The notes beneath the pieces are model-generated. The model saw only the letters and a program-made list of their open reading frames with translations, made no database searches and was not told the DNA's origin. A stretch of DNA of 64,000 nt, from the NCBI GenBank assembly GCA_021463465.1, contig JAJTYH010000002.1, positions 1,347 to 65,346 on the forward strand, in the 5' to 3' direction. Both the position numbers and the translations under genes were made by a program. Source of the DNA: a bacterium (GTDB lineage Bacteria > Patescibacteriota > Dojkabacteria > SC72). Positions 37,916-48,089 of this stretch are shown piece by piece. Within the stretch, counting starts at the first letter, position 1; every line of letters begins with the position of its first letter.

Positions 37916-38397
37916 TTGTCTTGTACTAAGAATTCAAAGGACTCTGTATATCCAACAACATTGCTATGACCTAAGGTAATTGATATCGTAACACCCACGG
38001 TGTTACTGTCGGTGTCCACATGTTTGGTTGCCCTAAACTTCTGAACTACTACCCCATCAGGAGTAAGAGTTATATCAGTTCCACGATTATAAATAATATC
38101 GCCACCACTCCGAGTGTATGAAACATCTCCATTTGAAGTCGTGAATACTACTCTTCCCGAATCACTATCATAGACTGACGAGCCATCATTAAACCCAGTT
38201 ATACTTCGTTCAACCTGCGTAAAGTGTTCCCGTACAAATATTACATTGCGGCTCAACTCAATTCTATTTCGCGCATCCACATTCTTATTCGAAACAAAGA
38301 CAAAAAACTGTACCATTGAAAGAATAATAACTGAAAACAAAGCAAGATATAAAATCAGCTCAACCAAAGTCATTGCCTGATAACGATTATTTCCCAT
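37912..38397 (-). CDS. type IV pilin-like protein (minor pilin/pseudopilin)
   Basis: Prepilin-like N-terminus QAMTLVELILYLALFSVIIL, matching G/A-x-T-L-V-E followed by a hydrophobic helix. Confidence 0.5.
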   Translation of the reverse strand: MGNNRYQAMTLVELILYLALFSVIILSMVQFFVFVSNKNVDARNRIELSRNVIFVREHFTQVERSITGFNDGSSVYDSDSGRVVFTTSNGDVSYTRSGGDIIYNRGTDITLTPDGVVVQKFRATKHVDTDSNTVGVTISITLGHSNVVGYTESFEFLVQDK

Positions 38398-40330
38398 AAT
38401 TTAGCGTCACTGATTTTAGTGTAGGCGTACTTATGCTGTCAGAAGTATAAAAAGCGCGATACTGAAAATACCTATTGTTACTAATTACACTTGGTAAAGC
38501 GCTACCACCTCCACTGGTAAAATATGTTCCCGGAGTGCCATCACTACCTACAAAGGTTCCAGTAAGGTTTGAAGTAGCACCGCTTCTAACTTGAAATCTT
38601 AATGTAGTATTGGCCGGCACTGTACTATCCCAAGAAAGCATATAAAAGTCTGTTAGCGCCGAGTTCGAATCAAAAACAGAAGATGTATAGTTTCCAGATA
38701 CCAAATACCCATATCCTGTTTCTCCTCCTCCTTCACCTGGACCACCACGCAAAATCTGAAAATCGTTGGTATTGTCATTAGTAACAATATACGAAAAAGA
38801 GTTCATATCAACATCTGTCACAGCATCTATATCATTAATCCCTGCATTATATTGCATACCACCACAGCGAGTAGGAGAGGCTTCATTAGTAATATTAAGT
38901 ACTTGATACTCTTCTCCACCTGAACCTACTAAAATTGCTCGGTCATCTGCCTCAACAATTGCAATGCCTTTAATGCTCGTACCGTTTGCTTCGTAACTGC
39001 CAATAATCGGTCTGGCACCCGATTTGCTCGAAGTGTTTATAATGAAAAACTCCCGTTCACTTGAGGAGCTTTCAGTACCAAAGTAAACGCGATTAGTGTC
39101 ATCACTCACATAAAGGTCGTGTGTCTGCTGATTATTAACGGAGGTTTGGGAAGTTATAATCATATCAGCAGGATTGCCAATATTGGTAATTACAAGCTCA
39201 TACCAATCATCATCAAGCGACGCATACATATAGTCACCCTTTATAACGATTTGACTAACACTTGCTGTTTGAAATAGGTTTTGGTTCAAAGAAATCTGCT
39301 CAATCCCAAGTTGCGCCCTTGAACCTGTTTTGGTGGTTAAATTAAAAGTAAAAACATAACGTCCTGCTGCTACATAACCTATATCTCCAACTACATAAAC
39401 TGAATTAGCATCTTCAGTCCTTGAAGTGTTAAAATATCCAACCTCAGTATAAGGGGTACTCGAGATATCTAGTATCACAACCTCTTTATTGTTTTGTGTC
39501 GTTGCTAAATATGCATAGTTACCACTAACAAAGATATTATTAGTAAGGTAGCCGTTGAAGGTACCATCGACGTTAATTGTAGGAGTCTCAACCCCTGAAA
39601 TACTAAGTTTTGTAAAAGCTACACCAGAAGAGTTGCCGCCCGTCCCAAGATAGGTATTACCTGGGAAAGAAAAGAGCGTCTTAGCGGTTGCACTTCCTGG
39701 AATATTGTACTGATTGATTGCCAACTCAGGCTCACACCAGTCAGGATAAAAGACTTGTTTTAAAACCACTTCACCTCCTGCAGTGTTAGTAGCAATAGTT
39801 TGAGCATAAGTTCCGGTATCAAATTCTGCTTGGCTTGTTTGTACCCAGGTCTTGGTACTCCAGTCATTCAGGAAAAGACTTGAAGAGTAAGTTTTTTCAC
39901 GACCTAATTTGTCTTCCCAAACAAAAGAAATCACTACCTCTTTAGTGTGTGGATCAACTGTCCCTGTAGGTACAATGTTGCCACTCCCATCACGTTGAAC
40001 GTTTGAGATAGTAAAGGAGTATGAAATGTCGCCAAAAGAATAGGTGCCGTCTTCAATTGTCACTGTACTACCACTCTGCTCAATGTACATAGGAGTGTTG
40101 GAAGTATTCTGGTCAATCTCCCCCCATGATCTCTCCTTAATTAGCTGTATTTCTTTAAAAATCTTCTCGCGGTATATATCTGCACTTACACGTCTCTGAT
40201 AATCATAAGATGAACTGAACAAATCAATTGAGATTAAAACAATGGGGGAGGCAATAAGTCCAAAAATCCCAATAGCGATAAGCATCTCGACTAAACTGTA
40301 TGCTTTGTATTTGAGTTTAGCGTTGAACAA
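38387..40330 (-). CDS. large type IV pilin-like protein (minor pilin / tip-associated)
   Basis: N-terminus KAYSLVEMLIAIGIFGLI (prepilin-like), then a roughly 600-aa beta-rich, S/T/G/N-rich region. Confidence 0.5.
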   Translation of the reverse strand: MFNAKLKYKAYSLVEMLIAIGIFGLIASPIVLISIDLFSSSYDYQRRVSADIYREKIFKEIQLIKERSWGEIDQNTSNTPMYIEQSGSTVTIEDGTYSFGDISYSFTISNVQRDGSGNIVPTGTVDPHTKEVVISFVWEDKLGREKTYSSSLFLNDWSTKTWVQTSQAEFDTGTYAQTIATNTAGGEVVLKQVFYPDWCEPELAINQYNIPGSATAKTLFSFPGNTYLGTGGNSSGVAFTKLSISGVETPTINVDGTFNGYLTNNIFVSGNYAYLATTQNNKEVVILDISSTPYTEVGYFNTSRTEDANSVYVVGDIGYVAAGRYVFTFNLTTKTGSRAQLGIEQISLNQNLFQTASVSQIVIKGDYMYASLDDDWYELVITNIGNPADMIITSQTSVNNQQTHDLYVSDDTNRVYFGTESSSSEREFFIINTSSKSGARPIIGSYEANGTSIKGIAIVEADDRAILVGSGGEEYQVLNITNEASPTRCGGMQYNAGINDIDAVTDVDMNSFSYIVTNDNTNDFQILRGGPGEGGGETGYGYLVSGNYTSSVFDSNSALTDFYMLSWDSTVPANTTLRFQVRSGATSNLTGTFVGSDGTPGTYFTSGGGSALPSVISNNRYFQYRAFYTSDSISTPTLKSVTLNYGK

Positions 40331-40757
40331 AGACTAAGCCCTCTGAATTTAGTTGAACCACTGAAGTAGAACTTCCAAACACGGCTGTAACTGAACCGCT
40401 GACATTAGGCCTCAAATCATTTTTTTCAAAGTGAATCTCAATCCCACCTCCTAGTGATGCACCTAAAACTACACCTTCGGTCAAAATCTGTTTAGTGGAA
40501 ATGTTTTGTGCATAAGAGTTACCTGTATACATGATGACACGGTCAGATTGGATCAAAAGACCGTATTCTGCATTTTCGTAGCCGTTAAAGGCATTCTGCT
40601 GCTGATTATAGATTGAGGACGCGACTATACTTGCCATTGCCTCTGCTTTTGAAGAGTAGATTTGCGAAATAGTAATCGGAATCAAAAAAGAACCCAACAA
40701 AGTGATAATTGCCACTACGACTATAATTTCAAGCAAAGTAAAGGCACTGTAGCGCAT
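40317..40757 (-). CDS. type IV pilin-like protein (pseudopilin)
   Basis: N-terminus SAFTLLEIIVVVAIITLLG is a canonical class III signal (FTLLE). Confidence 0.6.
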   Translation of the reverse strand: MRYSAFTLLEIIVVVAIITLLGSFLIPITISQIYSSKAEAMASIVASSIYNQQQNAFNGYENAEYGLLIQSDRVIMYTGNSYAQNISTKQILTEGVVLGASLGGGIEIHFEKNDLRPNVSGSVTAVFGSSTSVVQLNSEGLVFVQR

Positions 40758-40759
40758 GG

Positions 40760-41851
40760 TTAGTTAATGCTTCCTATCAACTGATAAATCGGTCCTACAA
40801 TTGTTATTGCCAAAACCCCAATCATCACGGCAACTAGAATCAACATAACTGGTTCAAGTAGTGTTGCTAGATTTTCGGTCAAGTCAGTAACCTCCTCAGT
40901 ATAGTAATCAGCTAAGAAAGCAAGGTTCTCTTCCAGAGTGCCAGTACCTTCAGAAATCTCCAGAATTTTGGTATATGTCTCAGGAAATAATTTGGGGTGC
41001 AGTGCTAATGCCGTAGCCAGGTTTTTACCACCTTTTACATCTTTTCTAACCTCTTCCAAGGCATTTATATACTCCGTGTTATTGACACTTTCTGCTGCAA
41101 CTTTAAGCGATTGCGAGAACGAGGTACCGCTTTCTAGCAAAATTCCCAACGTTCGAGAGAAGTTTGCTAAAAAACGAAAGCGATTTACCTTTCCAAGTAC
41201 AGGAAAGCGAAGTGAAATATAGTCAGAGATACGCCTTCCAATTTTGGTCTTAAGAAAGATATACCCAATCAGTCCAAGTGCCACTACTCCTAGCAAGATA
41301 TATAAACCATTAGTTCTCATGAATGCCGTAGCATCGAGAATCGCCTTAGTAAATGGTGGAATGTTCTTAAATGAGCTAAAAAGTGCTTCCATTCTGGGCA
41401 GAATGAAAAACACCATTCCCAACATTTCAACTCCTGTCAAAGAAAAAATGATAATAGGGTAGGTCATAGCTCCTTTAATCCGCTTATCAAATTCATACTT
41501 CTTTTTCAGATACTCCGCCAAAAAAAGCAGGTTCTTCTCTAATACCGCTGCCTCTTCACCCACAGTAACAAGTGAGACTACCATCTCAGAAAAAATCTTA
41601 GGATATTTAGACATAGATGAAGATAAGTTATTTCCTGCGGCCAAACTCGAATAAATCTCTTCGAAAGCTTTTCGTAAGCGTGCGTCCTCAGACTGTTTAC
41701 CAAGAACTTTAATACTCTCAGAAAGTGATAAACCGGATTTAAGCATCAGTGCAAGATGGCGAATTGCTAGTGCAACATGTAAATCAGACACTTTGCTTAA
41801 GTAGACTTCTGACGTAATACCAGGTTTTTTAACTTCTCTGGGTTTATTCAT
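40760..41851 (-). CDS. pilC: type IV pilus assembly platform protein PilC (GspF family)
   Basis: Two GspF repeats and three transmembrane segments. 363 aa. Confidence 0.85.
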   Translation of the reverse strand: MNKPREVKKPGITSEVYLSKVSDLHVALAIRHLALMLKSGLSLSESIKVLGKQSEDARLRKAFEEIYSSLAAGNNLSSSMSKYPKIFSEMVVSLVTVGEEAAVLEKNLLFLAEYLKKKYEFDKRIKGAMTYPIIIFSLTGVEMLGMVFFILPRMEALFSSFKNIPPFTKAILDATAFMRTNGLYILLGVVALGLIGYIFLKTKIGRRISDYISLRFPVLGKVNRFRFLANFSRTLGILLESGTSFSQSLKVAAESVNNTEYINALEEVRKDVKGGKNLATALALHPKLFPETYTKILEISEGTGTLEENLAFLADYYTEEVTDLTENLATLLEPVMLILVAVMIGVLAITIVGPIYQLIGSIN

Positions 41852-43196
41852 GCAAAGAGGTAACCTTAACTAATTCGTCTAAAGTAATCATTCCAGTTCT
41901 AAGTTTAATCATTCCGTCTTCCATAAGTAGTACTAGACCGTTTTTACGGGCAACAGATAGTAGCTGGTCAGCTGTAACATTCTTTGCAATAACCTCTCGT
42001 ACATCTTTTGTAACTTCAAGTAATTCATACAAGCCAATTCGGCCTTTATAACCTAAGTTGTTACATGCATTGCAACCTACAGAATCGTAGACTGAATCAC
42101 CTACTTTAAGTAATTTAACAATATCTGCCCTAATTTTAGACAGCTCGTCTAAGTCAGCTTTATTAACTTTCCTAGCTTTCTTACATTCCTGGCAAAGTCT
42201 TCTGGCAAGTCGCTGCGCAATCACTAAAGTCAGAGTAGAGGCAGCCAGATAACTCTCAATTCCCATGTCTGTTAAACGAGGAATAGTGGTAACCGCATCG
42301 TTCGTGTGTATTGTCGAAAGCACTAGATGGCCTGTCAAAGCAGCATTAATGGCAATACGTGCTGTCTCAGCATCACGAATCTCACCAATCATCATAATAT
42401 TTGGGTCTTGTCGTAAAAGAGCTCTAAGCCCAGTTGCAAAGGTCAAATCAGTTTTGGTATTCACCTGCACATGATTAACACCCTCAATGTCATACTCCAC
42501 TGGGTCTTCTACCGTAACAATATTCTTCTCACGGGTATTTATCCCCTTAAGTAATGTATAAAGAGTTGTAGTTTTGCCTGACCCAGTTGGACCTGCAGCA
42601 ATAATCATACCGAAAGGTTTCTTCTGATTCTTCTCTACAATCTCCAGGTCTTTGGCTGAAAACCCAAGGTCTGTAAGGGTAAAGTCGCGTCCAGTATCGG
42701 TTAAGAGTCTAAATACGACTTTTTCTCCCTTGGTAACGGGCAAAATGGAGATACGGACATTGAGCTTTGCACCATCAATCTTAAACTCCACACGGCCATC
42801 CTGGGGAATGAAGTGCTCATCTGTTTGCAGTCTCGAGATAACTTTAATCTTAAAAATCAACAGATGTTCCATCTCTTTAGGAATCTCTAACATATCGTGA
42901 AGGGAGCCGTCTATTCTGAAACGAATAATCATTGAAAGCTCACGAGGTTCCATATGAATATCGGAAGCACGATTAAGCAATGCCTCTTTCACTATACCTT
43001 CAAGCAATACCCCTACATCTTCGGAAATGTCATTTTTGAGGCAGAAGTCCACTTCAGGACTGGTTACAAAGCCTTCAGCCAATCGGCGAATATGTTTTAA
43101 TTCTTCTTTAGAGTCAACAGGTAGTGTAGCTTCAGTCTTCGACTCCTCTTTCGAAACCTTCTCCTCTTTTTCCTCCTTTAAATCTATCTTTTTCAT
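41844..43196 (-). CDS. pilB: type IV pilus assembly ATPase PilB (GspE family)
   Basis: Walker A GPTGSGKTTT, Asp/His boxes, and a tetracysteine region (CQEC...CNAC). Confidence 0.9.
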   Translation of the reverse strand: MKKIDLKEEKEEKVSKEESKTEATLPVDSKEELKHIRRLAEGFVTSPEVDFCLKNDISEDVGVLLEGIVKEALLNRASDIHMEPRELSMIIRFRIDGSLHDMLEIPKEMEHLLIFKIKVISRLQTDEHFIPQDGRVEFKIDGAKLNVRISILPVTKGEKVVFRLLTDTGRDFTLTDLGFSAKDLEIVEKNQKKPFGMIIAAGPTGSGKTTTLYTLLKGINTREKNIVTVEDPVEYDIEGVNHVQVNTKTDLTFATGLRALLRQDPNIMMIGEIRDAETARIAINAALTGHLVLSTIHTNDAVTTIPRLTDMGIESYLAASTLTLVIAQRLARRLCQECKKARKVNKADLDELSKIRADIVKLLKVGDSVYDSVGCNACNNLGYKGRIGLYELLEVTKDVREVIAKNVTADQLLSVARKNGLVLLMEDGMIKLRTGMITLDELVKVTSLHE

Positions 43197-43234
43197 TATG
43201 GGCAGTATAAACGAGTAATGCTAAAATATATCAG

Positions 43235-43263
43235 AAAAAAGAAGGGGTGTCATAGGACACCCC
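43235..43263 (-). terminator. Rho-independent terminator/attenuator after pilA
   Basis: On the minus-strand transcript, GGGGUGUC-CUAU-GACACCCC (8-bp GC-rich stem, 4-nt loop) is followed by UUCUUUUUU. It lies between the pilA stop and the pilB start. Confidence 0.55.
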
Positions 43264-43289
43264 TTTCAACTGCAATGAAGTTACTAACT

Positions 43290-43724
43290 TTACTGAGTTA
43301 CTGAAATCACCTTACCGTTTTCTGCGTTAGGTGCATTTACTTGGACACGGTTTGTAGCCGTAGTACAAATTGTATATCCAGTTACAGCATCAGTACCACC
43401 AGTTGGATCAGCAGGAATAGCAGGAATATAATCAGGAACCAAAGTAGTCCCGAGATTCAATCCAGCTGTACCAATAGAAGTTGGAGTCGCAGTACATGCT
43501 GCAATCGTACCAAGACTGGCAACAGTGTTGTTACCTGCAACATACTGGGATACTGCACTAAGTATTGCACTCACTTCAGATGCTCTCTCTGCATTTCGAG
43601 TATCTGCAAAGTTCTTATTTGGGTTAATAGCAACAATCGTTACAGTTGCCAAAATAGCAATCAATGCTACTACTACAAGGATTTCAATAAGGGTAAATCC
43701 TTGGAATTTACTTGCTCGCTTCAT
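43290..43724 (-). CDS. pilA: type IV major pilin
   Basis: MKRASKFQGFTLIEILVVVALIAILA is a canonical prepilin leader plus N-terminal helix. 144 aa, T/A/G-rich globular part. Confidence 0.8.
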   Translation of the reverse strand: MKRASKFQGFTLIEILVVVALIAILATVTIVAINPNKNFADTRNAERASEVSAILSAVSQYVAGNNTVASLGTIAACTATPTSIGTAGLNLGTTLVPDYIPAIPADPTGGTDAVTGYTICTTATNRVQVNAPNAENGKVISVTQ

Positions 43725-44028
43725 AAATTAGACAGTTTATTTTAAATCTTAACCATTCAGTATTGCATAGGCTAAATGTGTAGTCAAGCACAGTACAATA
43801 GTCTAAAGACTGCCATCTTTGCCGTTAGTAATCAATCGATAAGCGAGCCTGTAGAAAGCAAAAAAGGTACAAGAAAAGAATCAGACAGGCATTCCGAAAC
43901 CCCTTGATGTTTACACTGATGAAACTATTGATTAGTTATTGAACGTTGTCGACTTGGAAAATATAACTACAGCGAACCTTTGTCAACATTTAGCCTTGCT
44001 CATGCCTGAATTGAAAGATTGGTTTAAA

Positions 44029-45483
44029 CTAGCTAACCGATAAATTGCCATTACTCAGATTCAAAATCTTATCAATATTCAAATGTTCAACCGAATATAC
44101 ATCGTGGGATATTAACAGTACAGCACCCTTAAACTCATTTAAACACCGTTCAACAACTTCTTTCGTTTCTATATCTAGATGCTGAGCTGGCTCGTCTAAA
44201 ATAAGGAACTGGTACTGATCCCTCTCACTTCTTTCAGAAAAAAGCGAAAATTTAAGTCGTGCCTGTTGCCCTGGTGAGAGTATTTTAACTGGTTTAAGTA
44301 AATCGTCTTGGGTAAACATATACTTTTCTAAAATTTTGGGTAACTGATAATACGAATAATTAGTGTGTTTTTGATAATAATCAATCAGTTTTTCTGTTTC
44401 ATTCATAGGTTTTTGCTTTTGCTCAAAATATCCTACATTTACATTCTCTCCTAAATGAATCTGACCACTGTCAAAAGCTTCTAATCCTAATATACACTTA
44501 ATTAAAGTAGTCTTGCCTTGACCATTGGCACCTAACAACCAAAGTTTTTCATTACCACGTATCTCCAAACTAATATCATCCAACACTACCTTTTCACCAA
44601 ACGACTTCGACAGGTTGCTGACCCTTACCACTAGTTTAGAAGAGTGAACTTCACCTTGAATTGTTAATTGTGCATACTCTTTCTTCACATACTGCTTTAC
44701 TTCACGGTCAGAAACTTCACGTTCAATTCGCTTTTTCGCTGCTTCAGTTGCACTACCACTACGACTACGGATAATCCCAGCCTGTGCTTTAGCCAACAAA
44801 ACTTCTAATCTTTTCTTATGTTCAATAAACCGATTGAATTCTAATTCCTTACGCTCTACCCACCTACTTTTATGTGACAGATAGTCAGTATAATTACCTG
44901 GAAATTGAAGTAATGAAGCTTGATCAAGCTCCCATATTTGGTCGACAGTGCTATTTAACAAATCACGATCATGCGATATAACTAAGATTGCCCCTTTAAA
45001 AGATTTAAAGAAGGTTTTCAACCATGAGATACCTAAAATATCTAAATGGTTGGTAGGTTCATCCATTAGTAGTAGGGTAGGGTTTTCATAAAGTATCGCT
45101 GCCAATTTAAGTCGCATCTTTTCTCCACCTGATAGCGTATTAATTTCCTGATACTGATCTACTAAAAAGCCAAGCTGTCCTAGCACTTTCTCAACCGTCC
45201 AAATATCCCCATTCTTCTTACAGATATCTTCAATATACTCCCCAACCAACATTCCTTCGTTAAAATCAAACTCCTGGTCTAAATAACCGATACGTTCACC
45301 ATCTAGCAAGAGTTTTCCCGAAGTAGGACTATGCTGTCCCATAATGATTTTGAATAGTGTGGACTTCCCTGTACCGTTACGACCAATCAAGCCTATCTTT
45401 TCGCCATTTTTGATAGCAAAGTTCACCTCTTTAAACAAGGTGTGATTGTTAAAAGTTTGTGTCAAACCAATACCCTTAATCAT
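44029..45483 (-). CDS. ABC-F family ATPase (two tandem ABC domains, no TMD)
   Basis: Walker A GRNGTGKST and GANGQGKTT, with signatures LSGGEKMRL and LSPGQQARL. Confidence 0.8.
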   Translation of the reverse strand: MIKGIGLTQTFNNHTLFKEVNFAIKNGEKIGLIGRNGTGKSTLFKIIMGQHSPTSGKLLLDGERIGYLDQEFDFNEGMLVGEYIEDICKKNGDIWTVEKVLGQLGFLVDQYQEINTLSGGEKMRLKLAAILYENPTLLLMDEPTNHLDILGISWLKTFFKSFKGAILVISHDRDLLNSTVDQIWELDQASLLQFPGNYTDYLSHKSRWVERKELEFNRFIEHKKRLEVLLAKAQAGIIRSRSGSATEAAKKRIEREVSDREVKQYVKKEYAQLTIQGEVHSSKLVVRVSNLSKSFGEKVVLDDISLEIRGNEKLWLLGANGQGKTTLIKCILGLEAFDSGQIHLGENVNVGYFEQKQKPMNETEKLIDYYQKHTNYSYYQLPKILEKYMFTQDDLLKPVKILSPGQQARLKFSLFSERSERDQYQFLILDEPAQHLDIETKEVVERCLNEFKGAVLLISHDVYSVEHLNIDKILNLSNGNLSVS

Positions 45484-45522
45484 AAGGTTGATTTTAACAT
45501 GTTACACTAGTGGAGTAGAGGA

Positions 45523-46047
45523 CTAACGCTTTTTGGAAGCATTTCTTTCGAGTTCTTCTTCGTATCTGTCTTTCACTTTTAAGTACAAACCTAGAGAAAG
45601 TAGTAAGTAACAGAGAATCATAATCTGAAACCAGAGAAAACTTCCATAATCCACTTTTTGGAATGCGACTATATAAAGAGGTGAGGCGATAACATTTATC
45701 AATAAAGCAAAGGAATTAATTCTTAGAAACCTCTTTATTGCTTCAAACCCTAACACTCTTCTTATTACTGGCTCAGGCTTGGTATGCAAAATTACATCGT
45801 ATGCCTTACTCTCTTTATTTCCCCCAATTCCAATTTTTTTGAAAGCACTATTTGCTGACCAATCGAGGAAAAGGCCCGTAAAATAAAGAAAAGGAACAAC
45901 CAATATAAACAACAGGGGCGATCGAATCAAAAGCAAGTTATAAAACTTGTGGCCTTCGCAATAAAAAATCAGTGTTACAAGTGGGATACTCCATGCGCTC
46001 AGTCCTCCAATTATATATTCAATCATCATTGTAATCACAAAGTTCAT
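45523..46047 (-). CDS. hypothetical polytopic membrane protein
   Basis: A 174-aa ORF with 4-5 predicted transmembrane helices. Last gene of the kinase-containing operon. Confidence 0.4.
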   Translation of the reverse strand: MNFVITMMIEYIIGGLSAWSIPLVTLIFYCEGHKFYNLLLIRSPLLFILVVPFLYFTGLFLDWSANSAFKKIGIGGNKESKAYDVILHTKPEPVIRRVLGFEAIKRFLRINSFALLINVIASPLYIVAFQKVDYGSFLWFQIMILCYLLLSLGLYLKVKDRYEEELERNASKKR

Positions 46048-46067
46048 ATCCTTAAATAAGGTATTTA

Positions 46068-46754
46068 TTACTGCTCAAAAACAACTGATTCTACTTTTGC
46101 ACCTAGTTTTTTCACAATATCAATCAACTCGTGCTTCATTGCTTTGGGACCACAAATATAAAAGTTTGTATTAAAGTCACCTACATTCTTCATCAAGAAA
46201 CTTTCATTAATCCTCCCATATTCTAAAGTGTTTTTTTGTTCACGTGTCAATGTAAAAATAAGATCTTGTGGATTACGATCAAATATCTCAATTAGTTCTT
46301 CCCTAATTATTATGTCTTCCTCGGTTTTGTTAGAGTAAAAAAGCTTATTACCTTCAATTTCGTTCTTGCTTTTTAATTCTCTTAAGATAGCTATAAACGG
46401 TGTTATTCCAGCGCCTCCAGCGATAAAAATACCTTTTCCTTGATAATTGATTGTCCCCCAAGGTTCACCAATTAGAAGTTCGTCACCCTCATTTAGCGTA
46501 TATAGCTTTTCAGTCATTCCAGAATGATTAGGAAATTCAGAAACATTATAGCTTTTGATTGTAAATTCAAGATGATTGTCAGAGTTCAGGCATGTGAATG
46601 TAAATGGGTGTAGGTTTTCAACCCATCCTGACTGGTTTATTGCAACATCTGTAGCTTGACCTGGCGTGAATTTATACCCGTTTGGTTTTTCCGTGATATA
46701 TCTACGTACATCGTGTGTAATATTCTCAATTTTTATAATTTTAACTTTATCCAT
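46068..46754 (-). CDS. ferredoxin-NADP reductase-like FAD/NAD(P)-binding oxidoreductase
   Basis: An FAD-binding barrel with HPFTFT (RxYS-like), an NAD site IAGGAGITPFIAIL, and C-terminal YICGP. 228 aa, no Fe-S or transmembrane domain. Confidence 0.6.
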   Translation of the reverse strand: MDKVKIIKIENITHDVRRYITEKPNGYKFTPGQATDVAINQSGWVENLHPFTFTCLNSDNHLEFTIKSYNVSEFPNHSGMTEKLYTLNEGDELLIGEPWGTINYQGKGIFIAGGAGITPFIAILRELKSKNEIEGNKLFYSNKTEEDIIIREELIEIFDRNPQDLIFTLTREQKNTLEYGRINESFLMKNVGDFNTNFYICGPKAMKHELIDIVKKLGAKVESVVFEQ

Positions 46755-46770
46755 CTAAACTTTTATCAAT

Positions 46771-48045
46771 TTATTTGCCTCTAACTATATCACTTACTTC
46801 TTTTACAATCTTTGATGCACTATCAAAGTTGCCTTCTGATATTTTACCTTTGTGGAAGATTTCAAAAAAGAATTCATCTAACTTCTTAAGCGTAATTGAA
46901 TCTAAATTTGGATTGTATCTTCCAACTTTTCTCAAACTATCAGATCTATACATTGGGATTTTTGCAGTCTTATCTAATTCCTTTGATGAATGAGGAGACA
47001 CACCAGTGAAAGAGTAGTAAACAGTGGCAGCAAAGCTATACAAATCATCAAATTTAGTAGGAGAATTACCTAGTAGAATACTAGGTGACATATATTCAAA
47101 CGAAGAAACCGCGGCGGCTTCTTCAGGAGTTGTACTCTTAACTAGATCGACTGACTTAACAGATTCCATATCAATCATCTTTACTAAAGGTCTTGTATGT
47201 ACATCTTTTACATATTCTAACTGCCAATTACCTTTGCCACTGCTTGGAACAACAAATTGGCCGGGCTTAATATCTCTATGAACGGCATTGTTTGCGTGGA
47301 TATGATCAACAGCATTTGCACAATCACTTAACATCACTAAACGTGGTTCACTTTCTAAAAGAGTAACATCGATTCCTTCAAGAGAAGGTCCAGAAACATA
47401 TTCCATGACTAAAACTGGATGAAAAGCATCCCGAGAATTCGTTCCGTTACTCTCTTCTTTTCGAAGGAAAGTAGAATCATATATTTTAACAATGTTTGGA
47501 TGGTCAGGTACAGTATTAAAACCGAGCATTTCTTGCGTACTTTTAACAAATGCAGCATCAATCCCTTCAAAACTTGAATCAAATACTTTTATAGCAACTG
47601 GCCTTTCTAAACGTTCATCTTCTGCTAGCCAAACCTCTCCATAGCCTCCGTACTTACCTCCGCTTAAAAATCCAACGACATGGTATCTGCCGTCATTTTG
47701 TACTTCAAACGCTCGAAAGCTTCCAGTTGAACCCATCTTTACTATCGCAAAATCATGCTGTAAAACTTTAATCACATCATCGATATGCGGAAGCTTATCT
47801 TGTTCTAAGACTAACTGTTCACCAATTGTTGATACTTTGTCTCCCTCTTTAACTCCAATGGATGAGAATGAATCCGGTGCATTTATTTGAATATTCGGAG
47901 ATAGAACAACCTTACCATCTGAGAGTGGAGGACCAAGATTTGCCTTAAATTCTTTAACAGGAAACTCCATAACTATTGGCTCAAGGTTATCTGTTTTTGG
48001 ATTTCTTATTTGTCCGATTGTAGTTTTAAAGGTACCATCACCCAT
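46771..48045 (-). CDS. Hanks-type Ser/Thr protein kinase-like protein with degenerate DFG/APE motifs
   Basis: Gly-rich loop GGKYGGYGEVW, VAIKVF (beta3 Lys), HRDIKPGQ (catalytic loop, N replaced by Q), KMIDME in place of DFG, and YMSPS in place of APE. A roughly 130-aa N-terminal extension of unknown fold. Confidence 0.6.
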   Translation of the reverse strand: MGDGTFKTTIGQIRNPKTDNLEPIVMEFPVKEFKANLGPPLSDGKVVLSPNIQINAPDSFSSIGVKEGDKVSTIGEQLVLEQDKLPHIDDVIKVLQHDFAIVKMGSTGSFRAFEVQNDGRYHVVGFLSGGKYGGYGEVWLAEDERLERPVAIKVFDSSFEGIDAAFVKSTQEMLGFNTVPDHPNIVKIYDSTFLRKEESNGTNSRDAFHPVLVMEYVSGPSLEGIDVTLLESEPRLVMLSDCANAVDHIHANNAVHRDIKPGQFVVPSSGKGNWQLEYVKDVHTRPLVKMIDMESVKSVDLVKSTTPEEAAAVSSFEYMSPSILLGNSPTKFDDLYSFAATVYYSFTGVSPHSSKELDKTAKIPMYRSDSLRKVGRYNPNLDSITLKKLDEFFFEIFHKGKISEGNFDSASKIVKEVSDIVRGK

Positions 48046-48089
48046 ACATGAGTATATTCATATCTTTAGAAGTAAATCAAACGAGATGG

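Noticed and set aside
43341-43745. 134-aa and 68-aa plus-strand ORFs overlapping pilA
   Set aside because: Antisense to the canonical major pilin gene.
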